Origin: Octopus vulgaris
Lineage: Eukaryota
Reading direction: 5' to 3'
NCBI GenBank assembly: GCA_951406725.2
Contig: OX597814.1
Span: 200,384,001-200,448,000, forward strand
Length of the DNA stretch: 64,000 nt
The notes below the pieces were generated by a model that made no database searches, was not told the DNA's origin, and saw only the letters and a list, made by a program, of their open reading frames with translations. Made by a program: the position numbers and the translations under genes. This document shows positions 40,501-55,564 of this stretch, one piece after another. Within the stretch, counting starts at the first letter, position 1. Each line of letters opens with the position of its first letter.

Positions 40501-43500
40501 GGTACTAGGTCATATGGGATTGAATCAGTGATCAGTATATGACTGATAAATATTGTATCAATCCTTGAAAGATAAAAGATCAAGTGAACAGAAGGATTTT
40601 AATTAACAATACATGTTCCCAATTAAGGCACAAGTCTATTTGAGGAAAAATAATAATTTCTACATGGTCAAGTTCACACATTTTGAGCAGTGGTATATTC
40701 AGATTAATCTTAATACATAACTATACTTATCTCTTCTAAAAGTAAAGCCAAATTTCTCAAGTTTTATATTTCCACAAGTTAGATATTTTATTATTTTCAG
40801 TTAGTATTTTGAATCAGTAAAAGTATATTAAAACTTTTTTTCTCTTCACTATTTCAGATATGCTGTGTGTATGATCACTGATCATAACACATAACAAAAG
40901 AACCACTAAACTACAAGCAGCAGTTTTCTGACAAGAAACTGGATAAAATCAAATTTAACATCTAAGAAAATTTAAGAAACAAAACAAAAAAAAAAAAATC
41001 GTGTTCAAATAAATAAATAAAAATTCTAATAATTTCAAATTTATTTCACAATTTTTCAGGAAGTGCTGAATATTATTTGTAGTCATAACCTAGTGTTATT
41101 GACCTCCTTGGTTCTACTGGACATTAAAACCTATCCTTTAGTTAAATATAAATTTACATTCATCTAAAAAATTCAAAAGGAAAATGTTTCAATATTTCTT
41201 TTTAAGGTCACAGTTTGTGATCAACATACAATACTGCCAGTGAAATATGTTTCATATAAAAGTAATATTTCTAAAAAAAATTTAACAAAATTTTCATAAA
41301 CATGCAGGAAATAATTGTCAACAGAAACAATTTATTTGATTAATGCACCAGTTGTTATTTAATATTTTTATAAAGCTGTCATCTAATATTTGTGAGTTTC
41401 AAGGAGTGGGAGCTGAAATTTCAATAACTTCTGAAGATTAGATTTTCATCATAACAAAATCATATGAAATGTTCACAAATTTAGTTTATTCTTCATCAGG
41501 TTTTTTAACTTGTTGAAAGTAATTTGTAGCTAAAGTAAAGAAATTTCTAGTTTATTCGTGTATTTTTAAGTGTTAGTCTAGTTGTACACAGCACCTAAGT
41601 TTACTTCAAATTTTGATAATTATCTGGTAAAATGGGCAATTCTTAAAGAATAATTATCTATATTTTAAATAACATTTGAATTTGTTTAACTCTTCTTTCC
41701 CTGTAAGGTGGGTAAATTCTTCAACCCTGTATAAGTCCAAGACCATCACTAGTCACATTTTGAGGCCTGGTAATTATCAATAATTAGATGACCTGAAGCA
41801 ACTTTAGAATAAAGGTTTCAAGCCTGGTATCATAACAAAAAAATGAAGTACCTACAGTAGATTTGAACCTATGAATAAGTAGTCCTCTACATTCTCCACT
41901 TTGTGGTTGCTAAACTTGCTACAAATAGCAGCCAAAAATTCCCTCATATCACATGTAGTTATTAAAAAAAAGACATGCAGGAAACTGTTGTTCAGCATAC
42001 ACAATACTTGCAAAAAGTTAGAATGTCTTTGGCCCTAGATACTCTGAATTGATGCTTACTTGACAATTAAACAACAACAGTGGTGTCTACTATAAAACTA
42101 GTAATATAGAAGTAATAATATTCTTTTCTACCCTAGGCACAAAGCTCATAATTTTGGGGGAGGGGGCCAGTCAATTAGATTGACCCCGGTACACAACCGG
42201 TATTTAATTTATGGACCTTGAAAGGATAAAAGGCGAAGTTGAGTGCAGTGGAATTTGAACTCAGAATGTAAAAGACAGATGAAATACCTATTTCTTTACT
42301 ACCCACAAGGGGCTAAACACAGAGAGGACAAACAAGGACAGACAAACGGATTAAGTTGATTATATCGCCCCCAGTGGTACTTATTTAATCGACCCCGAAA
42401 GGATGAAAGGCAAAGTTGACCTTGGTGGAATTTGAACTCAGAATGTAGCAGCAGATGAAATACCGCTAAACATTTCGCCCGGCATGCTAACGTTTCTGCC
42501 AGTTTGCCACCTTATAGGAGTAGTAATATTAACTCTACTAGCTGAGTGGTTGCATGATTCGAAGTAGCTCTGACCATGTAGATCTAATGTTCCAAGTTTG
42601 TCACATTGTCAATAGGTTGAGAAGTTGTGACAATATGAGAATGTTGCATGATCTCCAGCAATCTGTTATTATATATCATTGTTTAGCAACAGGCCAGCTC
42701 TGCTTGAGTAGACCTGTAATCAAAGACATTCAAGCCATGACCATCCTGTCTTCTCACATGTAGTTTATCTTTTATCTTTTACTTGTTCCAATCATTAGAC
42801 TACAGCCATGCTGGAGTAGTCTTCAAAAATTTTTGGTGAATGAAACAACCCCAGTACTTATTTCTAGCAGTCTCTTTTACCAGACTGCTAAGTTACAGGG
42901 ACATAAACACACTAATATCAGTTGTCAAGCAGTGCAGGGGGACAAATGCAGATACAAAGACACATACATAGATATCTGATGGGCTTCTTTCAGTTTCTGT
43001 CTACCAAATCCACTCACAAGGCTTTGATTGTCTTGAGGTTTTAAAGTAGAAGACACTTGTTCAAGGTACCACATAGAGGGACTGAACTCAGAACCATGTG
43101 GTTGGGAAGCAAACTTCTTATCACACAGTCAGGCCTGACATACATTTTATTTATTTATTATTTTTTTTTTAGAATAAGATGTCATTTGAAAGCAACTTGG
43201 CTATCATTTCTAACAATCAGACAACCACTGAGAGGGTCTCCCAAGTTTTTCTGTAGGCAAGGATGGCACCAAACATACTTATTCCTCTGCTTTAGTATGG
43301 ATACAAGCACCATATTTCAGACTAATGGTGTTATTGATTCTGCAAGCTTTGAGTTTGTCTAGAATAAGTAAGCAGTGTTCTTATGTTTGTGCACAGTAAT
43401 GTATTGGGGGTATGCTAGTCATTATTTGATATGGAAGGGTGACTGAACATATAATGGCAAAAGAGTGTGAGTTAAAAGTAAGTTCAAGGATTGTTGGTTG

Positions 43501-46500
43501 TATAGGCGCAGGTATGGTTGTGTGATAAAAAATGTGCTCCTCAACCAGAGGATTCTGGGTTCAATTCCACAGTGTGGTACCATGAGCAAGTCCTGCTATA
43601 GCCTTGAGCTGACCAAAGCCTTGTGAGTGGATTTGGTAGACAGAAACTGAAAAAAGCCTATCATGCATGTGTGTGTGTGTGTGTGTGTGTCTGTGTGTCC
43701 CTCCCCAGTGCCTGACAATTGGTGTTAGCAAGTTTACATTCCTGAAACTTAGCAGTTCAGCAAAAATGACAGATAGAATAAGTACTCAGGTCGAATCATT
43801 CAACTAAAATTCTACAAGGGAGTGCCCCAGCATGGCCACAAGCCAATGACTGAAGCAAGTAAAAGATAGAAGATATAACTGCAGTGGTTGGTTGCATGAA
43901 GGAAAAAAATGTGCTTGGAGGGTAATTATTATTGATAGTTTGATGAGATGAGTTGGTGTGAGTTATAAACAATTAGAAAACAAATAGTCTGAATAAAGAG
44001 TTCAAAATATAGAAAGAAAGCAGCATAGCATGTTGATTTGTATGCATGAGGAATGTGAAGGAAATGATAATGAAACAAGATGGATATAAGACAACTGAGA
44101 AAATAAAATTGTTAATCCAATTCAAGAAAGAAATTGATTACATTAAGTTTTGAAAGTTTTGCTAAAGTCAATTATCTTAATTATTTCATGAGTAACAGGG
44201 ACATTTCTTTAAAGGTGGCATTCATAATAGAAAATAATGCTTTGCATGAGAAAAGAAGATTAAGTGGTTATCAAGTTGTAAGTTGTAATATTTTTCTTTA
44301 AGGAATTATGTTGAATATGTAAACAATAACAGAATCATGTTCAGAGCTTGTTACAAATGAAAATCTCTGGTTGGTGATATTTCATTAACAACTTTCTCCT
44401 CTGTCAATGAGCAATTACTTGAAATATAAGGAACTAATAAATTATTAACATCTCTTTCTACATTTGCCCTTGCCTTTGCTGGTACATCATAAAAAGCACC
44501 CATGCTGGTGTCACATATAAAAAGTACCTGTGTAGGAAGGGCATCCAGCCACAGAAACCATACCGAAACAGATAACTGAAGCTTGGTACAGCTCTCTGGC
44601 TTGCCAGCTCCAATCCAATATGGAAAACAGGTGTTAAAGGACGATGATGATGATGGCATTGTAAGAAACTCATCACATTTTTCCTTTCTTGTTTAGGCTT
44701 ATGAGTTTTAATCTCATGAAGAGAAACTATCACTATAGCATCAATTCTCATTTTAAAGATTGTTTTCTTCTGCGCAATAAAAATACAAGACTTCAATTTT
44801 TCATAATTATTTTCCCACTAAAATACGTAGGTTTCAGTCATATAAAGTAGGAAGAAGAAAGATACTGGAAATACTGCAGCTCAAACAACAATAGTAGATA
44901 AGATAAGCTGGTTGTGAATAGCAAAATGTTAAGCTAAATACAAATTATATATTTTAGTAATAGTTTAAGATGGTGGCTCATGTTTTCAAACCATTCCTGT
45001 CCTCTGAGTCAGATTAAAGCTGATTTCTAAAGGCATTGCCTTCTAGAGAGGAAGAATTGAATATGGAATTTAATAGAAGATGCAGTATTTAGAAATAGTG
45101 AAGAGGATTAAGTTTTAAATTAAAGTAGTATGCAATTAGAAAGCTCAAAGGGGGAGTGGTGGTTTCAGTCGTGGCAGGAGGGAGAGAGAGAGAGGAGTCT
45201 AGGACCCCTGTTGTGTTTAAAGTTATAGACTGTTGGCAAGTTAAGGCAGCATCTTCACTTTGGACACATCTTACTTCATCTGTATGTCTGTGTTCCATTC
45301 CACCGGTAAGGGTAGTATTTTACCATAAACTGTGTCTGTGTTTTGCAGACACTTAGTAGTTGTTCAAATCTAAATTATTTCATGGATCTAAGGGTCATAC
45401 TTCAGAATATAAATAAATTTACAATTTCCTTTTTGTCAAGCATAAGGTAGGGTAGGTGAGTATTTGTAAACTTGGGAAACACAAGAGTAATCTACTTGAT
45501 AAAATTAACTTTAAAACATCTAAAACAGTTTTTTATCCATTTTTTTTTCACATTGCTCTTCTTTTCATTTAAAATATTTTAATCAAATATTCATAAAAAT
45601 ACAAATACAGAAAGGCATACAGGATATGGAGGAGAGCTGGCATCTAGACATACATCACACTGGCATGCAGGTGTATGGACATACTCTGATATCACATGAA
45701 CAATAATAAAAGATGGTCCTGTGGCTAAAGCATACAAGATATGGAGGAGAGAGAGTTAATGTTAGCTTCTAGACCAGTCCAACATTTCAGTCATTAAACT
45801 AATGTATACATTCCTATGTATCCATGAACACTGCATACATGCATTGTACTGTGTAACCTTTGACAATGAATATTCTTGCTTTAAACTATGTTGATGACAA
45901 GAACTGTACTATAAAACAATGACTTTAACAATTCATACACAATTCTTAAAATAACCTAAACTTTTATATAGACAAATTACAAAGAAATAAATTGCCTTTT
46001 CTGTTTAATACAAATTTAACTGCAACTTTCTGAAATTCACTTCTTATCCATGTTTTTCCTGCAGCAAGTTACAACTATATTGTAATGTCTGCAAAGATCA
46101 CAGATACATCTTCCTCCAGACTAAAATAATAATAAAAATAATATCAGTGAAAAACCTACTATTACATGAATTAAAAAATATAATTAGAGATAAATCAATG
46201 AGACTCAAATATAAATCAAAATGTAGTAAGGTTTCTTGCAGTAAATACAATTTTTGTAAAATTCTACCAAAGACAATTTTTGCTCCATGTGACTGTCTCA
46301 TGTCTCTCTTCATTCAGCATGCCTATTTTATAAGGGTCAATAATTGTAGAGCTTCAAACCAAACTCTGAAAAATTCATGACTTTCTTGGTAATGATACAG
46401 CAGAGGCTTTCCACTGCCTTCTGCTGGTTGATTTAAAGTCTAGTCTGTGAATTACCAGCTCTTCTGAGTTTATCTTCAAGGGACAAAGTCTATTTGACCC

Positions 46501-48400
46501 TTAGGCAGGGAGACCAGTTCATGTGATATCAAAGCATGTCAAAGAGCCAGCTCTCCTTTCTTCCATATCTTGTATGCTTTAGCCACAGGAGTATCACTTA
46601 TTATTGTTCATGTGATATCAAAGTATGTCCATACACCTGCATGCCAGCGATCCTCTATATCCTGAATGCCTTAGCTACAAGCTCATTTTTCATTATTTAT
46701 ACCATACCTGAGACCTTTGTCAGTAACTATTACCCCAAGCCAAAGCAGACCTGAGAAAAGTGGTGACTAAGGGGTAACTCTACATTCTCCAAAACTCCTG
46801 ATCTCCCAAGCTGGAGCTTCACCTCTGGATTCCTTGTTAATTTTGAGGATGGAAGTTCAGGTTTAATTCTCACATTATTGAAACATTAGAAAGATATTGA
46901 AGGACAACGTGAAAGATGGAATGCACAGATTAGAAAAAATATTTTATATGATTCTTTAAATTACTTGAATAGCAGTAACATCCTATTGATTTATATAGTT
47001 ATATATAGGAAGGAAGGACATATTAGACAATGTAACCCTACTTAGATATACGAGATTGTCATGGATAGAACGTCTTTGGTTACAGGTCTGCTGAATGAGG
47101 ACTGACTGAGATTAAACAACAACAGAACGATGTCACATCTCCGACAATAAAAAGAGGAATTAAATATCAAAATATTCCAGAAGCCATACAGAGATTCTGC
47201 TCATATAAAATTTGATTTAAAATAGGAGTTGCATAATACTGATTGGGCCAATGAAGAACTTTGCATAGTAATTCAATATGCTAGATATAGCAGTCAAATG
47301 TCCTTCAATTTATACCCTAACATCTTAAGAAGTAAAACACTGGACAATGTCACCTATGAAAAGGGAAAATATGAGCTAATCATGGAGCTAAATTACTCAA
47401 TAAAACCTGACCTAGGGTTAAACAACAGCTATTGATTTTTAACTTTGGCACAAAACCACAAATGTGCAAAAATAAAAATCAGTTTAAATTCTCCCAGCCT
47501 CATTATATTACTGGTATTATTTATTGAAGTGAAGAAAATCTAAATGAAGAAAGATGAACTATAGAAATAGAAAACAAGTCACCTTCCTATTCTCTCCTGC
47601 CATCTTAAAAAGAAGCACACACTGGCTAATGTATACTAGCTGAGATAAATGTCAGGATGGTCATGGTTAGAATGCATTTGATCGTAACTTTGTTCAATTG
47701 TGTCTATTCTTGGGCTAAGCAACAACATATTATAATTAAAACAGTATAAGCAATAACCATTAGAAAAATGCAAAAATTAATAAAGCCAGAACAGAAATTA
47801 CAACCCATACAAAACTGGTTTCACTGCACCAAGCAGTCAATAATGAGTACAAGCCATGTAATAAACAGCTAAAACTAATAGCTATAAACTGAAGCACATT
47901 CAATCTATAGCAAGGAGTGAACTAATCAAAATGATTTCTATGGCAAAACACCGATCCTCTTACCATCAATATAAATTGCAAGTTCTGCCTTGCATTAAAT
48001 CCATAAATTTATAAATAACCAAACAGCACACTTCATTACACATTAATTCATTTCAACTTTAACAGGTCAAAAATTACCAGAAAGACTATAAAGTCGAGTC
48101 TTTGATAACTTTTAAATAAAGTATATTCAATGCAGTGCAAGAGGAGAAAATGAGGAAAAAAAAAAAAACAAAATTAATTTAAACTTTTCCATATAGAATT
48201 TTTATTTTTGGAGCAGAAAATATTTTTGTATGACAGTTTTCATCATGCAACTATCATCATAGCAAATTCTTTATTCATTTACAGCTTTCGACATGAAATA
48301 TTTTTATTCTTTTGTTGTTGTTTTTTTTTTATATCTGAAAATTCTTTCCTTAGTATTTATTTTGTATTCGAAAAATACCTCTGTCCTCATAAACATTTTT
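36918..48400 (+). pseudogene. CATSPERB: Decayed CatSper auxiliary subunit beta
   Basis: Signal-peptide-like MCFIYVLMLLFVC from ATG 36918 (LIYVSVLLL); IQYVFAVE (~37159; IQCFFQTE); IFSKSLRLVVEKRRSLTQSGEW (39423-39488; LFSDRILWLVDIPRENITQS..EEW); HNLVLLTSLVL (41084-41116; HFLVILTSLGL); FKEW (~41398; FLEW); MVAHVFKPFLSSE (44970-45008; VIAEMKEPFGLEE); one 176-codon frame 45853-46380 with 5 internal stops carrying VTFD...S, IAFSV*, C-x12-CSKL, KYNFC..CDC-x7-HA..NCR (human VTFD...S, LAFIMW, C-x12-CSYL, KFKQC..CNC-x7-HA..DCR); LIHF (~48043; LFHF). Confidence 0.75.
38340..39060 (-). mobile_element. LINE reverse-transcriptase fragment (RTE-like)
   Basis: Minus strand GFRQGVV..P..LF.L matches the RT G.RQG..SP.LF motif; degenerate. 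Confidence 0.55.
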
Positions 48401-51400
48401 CTTAAATACATTTCATTTTCCATTTTCTTGTAAAATGTATTTTCTGATAATGCATATATTTTTATGCTAGAATAGATTTTTTTTTCAATGAGGTTCTTAC
48501 TTGTTAAAATAATTTTGTCCTGCGCTGCTAAGTCATAAATAACATAACCAACTAATACAATGCACACCAAAAATTACTGCATCTCTAAAAAAATATTAGT
48601 TGTTATGTGACTTAGCAAACTTCAGCCATATCAAGGAGAGTAATCTGTTAATTGTGTGAAGGAGAGATTGTTCGTAGATAAGAACATAATTCTTACACTA
48701 ATCTGAGAAAAACATACAAAATATATTATAACAGAGCAATATTCTTTCTTCAGGATTCCTGAATCCTTCTTTCTCTCTCTCTCTCATTAGCAACTGATAA
48801 AGGAATAAGTATTTTCTTGCTCTGAAGAAGAAACCTAATTCTATCAATGCTTTAGTTGTGATGTCATAACAGACCATCAGGGATTCTCATAAACTAGAAT
48901 TTGTAGTAGTTTAAGGGTGGAGGGACTAACTATGTTATCCGTGTCTAGAGAGAATATAGCGTCATACTACCATTGCTTTGTTATTTGCAGTGATTTTCTG
49001 TGTGCATTTAACAGAAACTATCTTGCTATACCCCAACTGCAAGTCTAGTGCAAGGTACCAAGCTGTTTTCTCATTACAGATGCATGTGGTAAGTTAAATG
49101 ATAAAAGGTGGTATTAAGAAAAGAGGAATTCATAAAATTAAGATGTACAAGTTTAGCATGAAGTCAAGAATGGTTGCTGGAGGAAGTATTGTCTTACTTT
49201 GGAGCTCTGGAGAAGCAATCGAGCAATCAGGTAGCTGGCAGAGATTACAAGCAAGCCACTGTAAAGGAGGGAAAATAAGGGAGAACAGCAAATAAAAGGT
49301 ATTAAAAATGTGAAGGAGGGATAAAAGAAAGAAATGCATGTATTCTAGTTTTTGGAGGATATTAGCAATGGCAGATAAGTGGGACATGTTAGTGGATGAG
49401 AAATGGAAGCAGATAGATAATGCTAGCAGAAGTGGTGAACACAGCCTTTAGACTCGATTTATTTCTTGAGCTACATTTCCTAATGGTCAGATTGCTTTGT
49501 TTCTCATGCTTCATGTCAATATTGATATGAAGTCAATTATCAAACACAGTCGTTTGTCCTTCTCAGTTAACTAAAAATCACTTCTTGGTACATGCTACAA
49601 TTTCAATTATCATCCAGTGAGGGTAAGTTATACAATATTCTCTAAGTTTGAGTACAAACATGTATTTGATTATGGTGATGAATACAAATAAAATGGAAAG
49701 TTTGTTAAAAAAAAAAAAATGCCAAATTATATGTTAACTTTAGATTGCCAGACGAAAATGAAAACAAAACTTTTCCAATTTGGATATTAGAGGCCTTCAC
49801 TTTACAGGCTGTAGTTTTTGGTTTAAAATATTTTTGATGGCAAAATTTAATACATGAAAAGCTGCACTACCAAAACTAAACAAAATCAATACTGAAATAT
49901 AAATAAATATCAAATAAATATCAAATAAAAAGAAAAGATTATCAATCACAAGAGAGGAAAATGAATGACATGAGATTTGATAAATGATATTTCATTTCTA
50001 ATGAATAACATGATAATTTTAGTCTTAATAGTGGTTAATTATCAAGATTTTGTTTAAAAACTAAAACATCACTGAATTCCTTTTGTTGACTTCATTCAAA
50101 GCAGCCAAGTCACTTTGGCTCATGTTAGAGCCATCAATCTAAATATTTGGTCATATCATGTAGAAACAACAAAGTTTACTGCAGCAATATATATATGATA
50201 CTAAATGAGTAATAACAATTTTTTTCTGGATGCACAATAAAAGTTCATTGACTTCTTTTTTTACAGCAACAAACAACATATCTATGATTTACCTTTACAA
50301 TATGTCATAAAAGTGAACAGTGTTTACATAAGTATGAAGCAAAAATAGAATGCATTATTTGATAACTGAAATATAAGCATAGTATGGAGAGACTTGTATT
50401 AATAGAAAGATGGATGTGGAATTTCAAGATGCTAAGTTCAAAAACCTAATGTCAGAATCTGACATTTACTACCAAAATATAGAAAATAGATGTGTAATCA
50501 ATAGCTAAGTTAGTATTAAAATATTTAATACAATGGGAATCAAGCAGCTAAGTATAGATAATTATGAAGTAAAGGAAAACAAAAGTCTTTTGCCTGACAA
50601 GTATGGGAGATAACTCTAAACATATTTTGGCCTTATCCTGATCTCAACAGGTGGTAGATTGGTTGAACATTAGAACAGACAAAATACTTTGAAATAACTA
50701 ACCCTGGTATTTTAAATTCTGCCAAGGTTATCTTTGCCATTCAATTTCTCAAGGTTCATTAAAATAAAGCACCAGTCAAGTGTTGATGCTGATTTTATTT
50801 AACTGATACTGAAGTTTCACAGGGTTTTTTTCAAGTAAGTAACTTTGGTTCAGAATCCTCAATGAACAATATTTTGGAATACTTGCATTTTAAAAGCAGA
50901 CAAGAGCATATGCCCTAATGGCCAGAATATTCCTGTGTAGACACAATATCTCTAAAGCTAACGAAATTCCAACTTTTAATAAATTTGTAAAACACTGTGT
51001 CTAATACGAACAAACTAGGAGAAGAACTGAAGATTTGAAACACAGGACATTAAATTTGTTGAAAACGATCATTGCAATCTGCATAGCTATCAGTATGTAG
51101 GGAGCTGGATATGCAGCTAACCCAGTCATGACTTTTCTTACAGAAGTTCCTGTTGAAGAGATGGCTCTCATGCTCAAAACACTTGTATACTGAAAACTAG
51201 CTAAATAAATGTATGAAATTGTAAATCAGATATATGGGATAATAAAAGATCATTGTATGACAAAGCGTAAGTGTGCTGAGAGAAAACTTGGGCATTAGAG
51301 GTATCAGATATAGCATGCAAGAGAAATCTACACTGGTTTGGATGAATGAGGAGAGCTGTATAAAGAAACCTGAACACTTTAAGTAGCTGGAACTTGTGGA

Positions 51401-52501
51401 TGCTGGAAACCCAGAGAGATGTGGGATGAAATTATGACGGTAGATCTCAAGATGTTGAGCTTCATGGGGTTAATGAGGAATTGAAATGATTGTCAATCAG
51501 CTGTGCAAGAGCAGACCAGTTCATCACAGCAGAAGTGATAGCTTAAAGGCGAGCTGGCAGCAATGTTAGCATGCCAGGCGAAATGCTTAGTGGTATTTCA
51601 TCCGCTGCTACCTTCTGAGTTCAAATTCAACAGACATCAACTTTTCCTTTCATCCTTTTGGGGTCAATAAATTAAGTACCAGTTACGCACTGGAGTCAAT
51701 GTAATCGACTTAATCCCTTTGTCTGTCCTTGTTTGTCCCCTCTATGATTAGCCCTTTGTGGGCAATAGAGAAATAAGAAGTGATAGCCTAAAACTATTAT
51801 GCTTATGCTTGTACATGCTGGGCCCTAAACCAGTCTACACCATCAAACATCCTCTTACATCTCACCTTCCTAATATCCATCCTCCCAGCACTCTCCTTAC
51901 TCTGGTACAATTCAGCTGCTGAAATCATTTAAGAACAGAACTAGCACATATCTCATCACCTATTTTGCTCTACCAGTTACCTCTATCTTCTCCTGGAACC
52001 ACTTCCACTTTATTCTTAAAAGCATCCTTTCCACTGATCATCCCTTTTCTGTAGCCTGTTATTTCTGTCACCTTCTGAGCTAAATAATAAGGTCTGCCTC
52101 ACTCCATATTTAATAGCTCTTATAACTGTTATCATTCTCAACAATCTTTCATATCTGTCACTGATGTCCCACTCAACATAGCCACTCTTATGCACCTCTG
52201 ACCTCCATCTCTGTCACTGTACATCTCCCTTGCCACCGCTCTCACACCCCGCACATCACTTCCCTGCTTTCTGATATATCTGCAGATATATATTACTAAA
52301 TTTTATGCTTTTGAAAGATACAACATAAAATTTATAAATGTAAAACTTGCTTTTTATGCAAAAGACATTAAATAATAATTGTGGGTTACATAAAATGATA
52401 AAATATGAAACATTTAGAGAAGAAGGTATAACAGAAGAATGTACATGCTGGAAGAGAATTTCATAGGAAAATGGATGATATGAAGATGCATCATATGTAT
52501 G

Positions 52502-52535
<34 letters not shown>

Positions 52536-53129
52536 TATATATGTATATATACACATATATATATGCATATTACACCATTGCTATTATGTTAAACTGTTGT
52601 ATGTTCAAATTTGGCCAAATGCATTTTTTGCTTGCAATAGCTGATTCCTTTGGTCAAACTATTGTATCTCCAGCTGCTTCAGATAAAAATTGTCAAAGTG
52701 TAGTATAACAGCTTAGCATTTTTCAAAAGTATAGAAAGCACCACCAGTTTTGCAAAAAATATTTCTCACTGAAAATATCATACATGCATGTTGTTATGAT
52801 TTTACGTACAAAACAATGTATTATTGTTAAGCTGAAACCGTTGCTAACGTAAAAAGAAAGAGGATGGTGAAACTATTTCTTTATTTTCAGAAAAAGCAAC
52901 ATTTTGGACTTACGATACTTTTACGTAGTAGCAAGAATACATGTGTGTGTGTGTGTGTATATATATATATAAAAATATATATATCATTATCATCGTTTAA
53001 CGTCTGTTTTCCAAGCTAGCATGGGTTTGACGGTTCGACTAGGGTCTGGGAAGCCAAGAGGCTGCTCCAGGCCCCAATCTGATCTGGAGGTGTTTCTACA
53101 GCTGGATGCCCTTCCTAATGCTCCTGGAC

Positions 53130-53610
53130 ACATCACTCGTATAAAGAAGTTCATCAATTTTTCAGTGACAGTTCTCCAAAATCAGTTGATGCATTTTCAT
53201 GATGTTTTCATTTGTTTAGAGGGTTGATGTTTGCCCTGCATGAGATTGGTCTTCAAGTGACAAGTGACCATTCCTAAAACATGAAAACCACTCATAAACT
53301 TCTGTTTTGCTCATGGCAGCATCCTTGTAAGCTGTTTGAAGCATGGCAATTGTTTCAGCCACCATTTTCCCTAGCAGAAAACAAAATTTCATGGAAGCAT
53401 GCTGTTCCTCTCTTTCAGCCATTGCAAAAATGGACAGAGAAGAAGCATTGCAAAAAAAAAAATGCGCCACATGGCAGTATGCCTTTTCTCGACGATGCTG
53501 GTCGGCAGACTGATGCCTGAAGATTGCATCAAGTGAATTCTAGTGGTGGAACCTGAACTATAGCATGCTTGTCCCACAGAGAATATTTACAGTTACTTTT
53601 GGGTATCTCC
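53130..53610 (-). mobile_element. Internally deleted mariner relic (N-terminal HTH region)
   Basis: ORF 53216-53470 MKFCFLLGK..ET..MLQTAY..AMSKT.VYEWF..F..G..SLED is the typical mariner N-terminus. Confidence 0.85.
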
Positions 53611-55522
53611 TCAAATACATACAGTACCATGCACATGTCTTCGGTCACTTTAAATTATTGTAAATTTCTACTGATTGCCAACTTATAAGTGGAGGTTTCT
53701 CATTACATTTTCTACAGATGAAACATTGGCCCCATCGAAGTCATTTCCATTTCTAATAATTATATTTTGTAGTAGAGGTAATTTTTATATATCTAATAAT
53801 TATTCTCTGAATAATAGAATGTATCTATTAGTCCATTGAAATGCTGAATATTAATAACAACCTTCCTATGAAATACATTCTAAATTACAATTTTACTATA
53901 CAGTATCTAATTAATTTTCTCTCTTAACTATAGCTTTTAAATATTATAAGTAACTTTTATTTCTTCATCAGCTCTGTCTGGCCCCGTGCCGGTGACACGT
54001 AAAAGCACCATCCATTCGTGGCCGTTTGCCAGCTCTGTCTGGCACCTGTGCGGGTGGCACGTAAAAAGCACCCACTACACTCATGGAGTGGTTGGCGTTA
54101 GGAAGGGCATCCAGCCATAGAAACACTGCCAGATCTGACTGGGCCTGATGAAGCCTTCCAGCTTCACAGATCCCAGTTGAACCGTCCAACCCATGCTAGC
54201 ATGGAGAACGGATGATGATGATGATTTTATATGGCAGCAAGCTGGCAGAAATGTTAGCACAATGGGTGAAATGCTTAGTGATATTTCATCTGTCTTTACA
54301 TTCAGAGTTCAAATTCCGCTAAGGCTGATTTTGCCTTTCATCTTATCGGAGTCAATAAATTAAGTACCAACTGCATACTGGGGTTGATTTAACTGGCTCC
54401 CGCCCTAAAAATTTCTGGTCTTGTGCCTAGAGTAGAAAAGAATATTTTATATCATATCTTAAATCAAGTATGTTTATTCCCATTATTCTACTTAAATGAT
54501 TACTTTATGTCCCTTAACACCTATAGCAGAAAATTTTTAAATACATCATAGTATTATAGTAAAATTTCATTCAATAATATCCTCCCACCCACTACTTCCG
54601 CGTCCTACCATTCCTAAAAATTATTGTTCCCATTGTTTAGATATTTGAAAATATCGTTCGTATCAATCTTACTCATTATTTACCATCACTACGTAAGAAA
54701 TTTCACCCTCATGAAATCTAGATACGCTGTGGAGCTCTTTTATATCTAACATAGTTTGAATTGTGATGATCCAAAGTAATTGTTCACCCAATGGCCAAAT
54801 TGAAACATGTAGGCATCTTTTTCGATTATTTATTATGTTGATTCTGTTACTTTAAATCTTATTTGTGTTACATTATTCGATATGCATTCATCGTGATACA
54901 AATAAAATTAAATAAGTATCCACTATATTTCTTCTCCACTTCCTTATATTTACTTAATATCGATAAATATATATATAACATTAGGCGAGTGAGGTAATAA
55001 TAACATTAGGCAAGTGAGATGATAATGTAGATGTGAGTATGAACTAATGAGGCATTATTATTATTAGTAGTAGTAGTACAGAGTAGTGGATTGACAGAAA
55101 CCTTCGAATAGATGTGTTGTAGTACTTTTTCTGGCTCTTTACATTTTAACTTAAAAATTCCATTGAGGGTCTACTTTGCCAGCCATCCTTCAAGGGTGAC
55201 AAAGGAGGGATGAAATATAATACTTGTCAAATACTGGGGCAATTTCATCAACCATCTCCTTTCTCACCAAATCTTTGGATTTGCTCTTAGTTGGAAGATA
55301 ATAATAATAATAGCATCTTTTATTCTTTATTTGTTTGTCATTGGACTGTGTCCATGCTGGGGCACTGAAAGAATTTTTAGTCAAATGAATCAACCCCAGT
55401 ACTTTTTCTATTTTAAAAGCTTGATGCATATTCTATTAGTCTCTTTTGCTGAACTGCTAAGTGATGGAAATGTGAACACACCAATACTGGCTATTGAGGG
55501 GTGGTGGGGTCAAAGAGACACA

Positions 55523-55564
<42 letters not shown>

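Noticed and set aside
48501-48584. Minus-strand 84-nt exon-like segment with strong splice signals and an ISWLC peptide resembling CATSPERG IEWLC
   Set aside because: All three frames contain a stop, and the collinear gamma match (IKWIC) lies at 59328 on the + strand. It shows how easily isolated motifs arise by chance; an antisense non-coding exon cannot be excluded
52590-53760. Minus-strand peptides resembling the CATSPERG N-terminal region (NFYLKQLEIQ, KPPLISWQS)
   Set aside because: They compete for the same residues, are not collinear, and overlap stronger + strand gamma anchors
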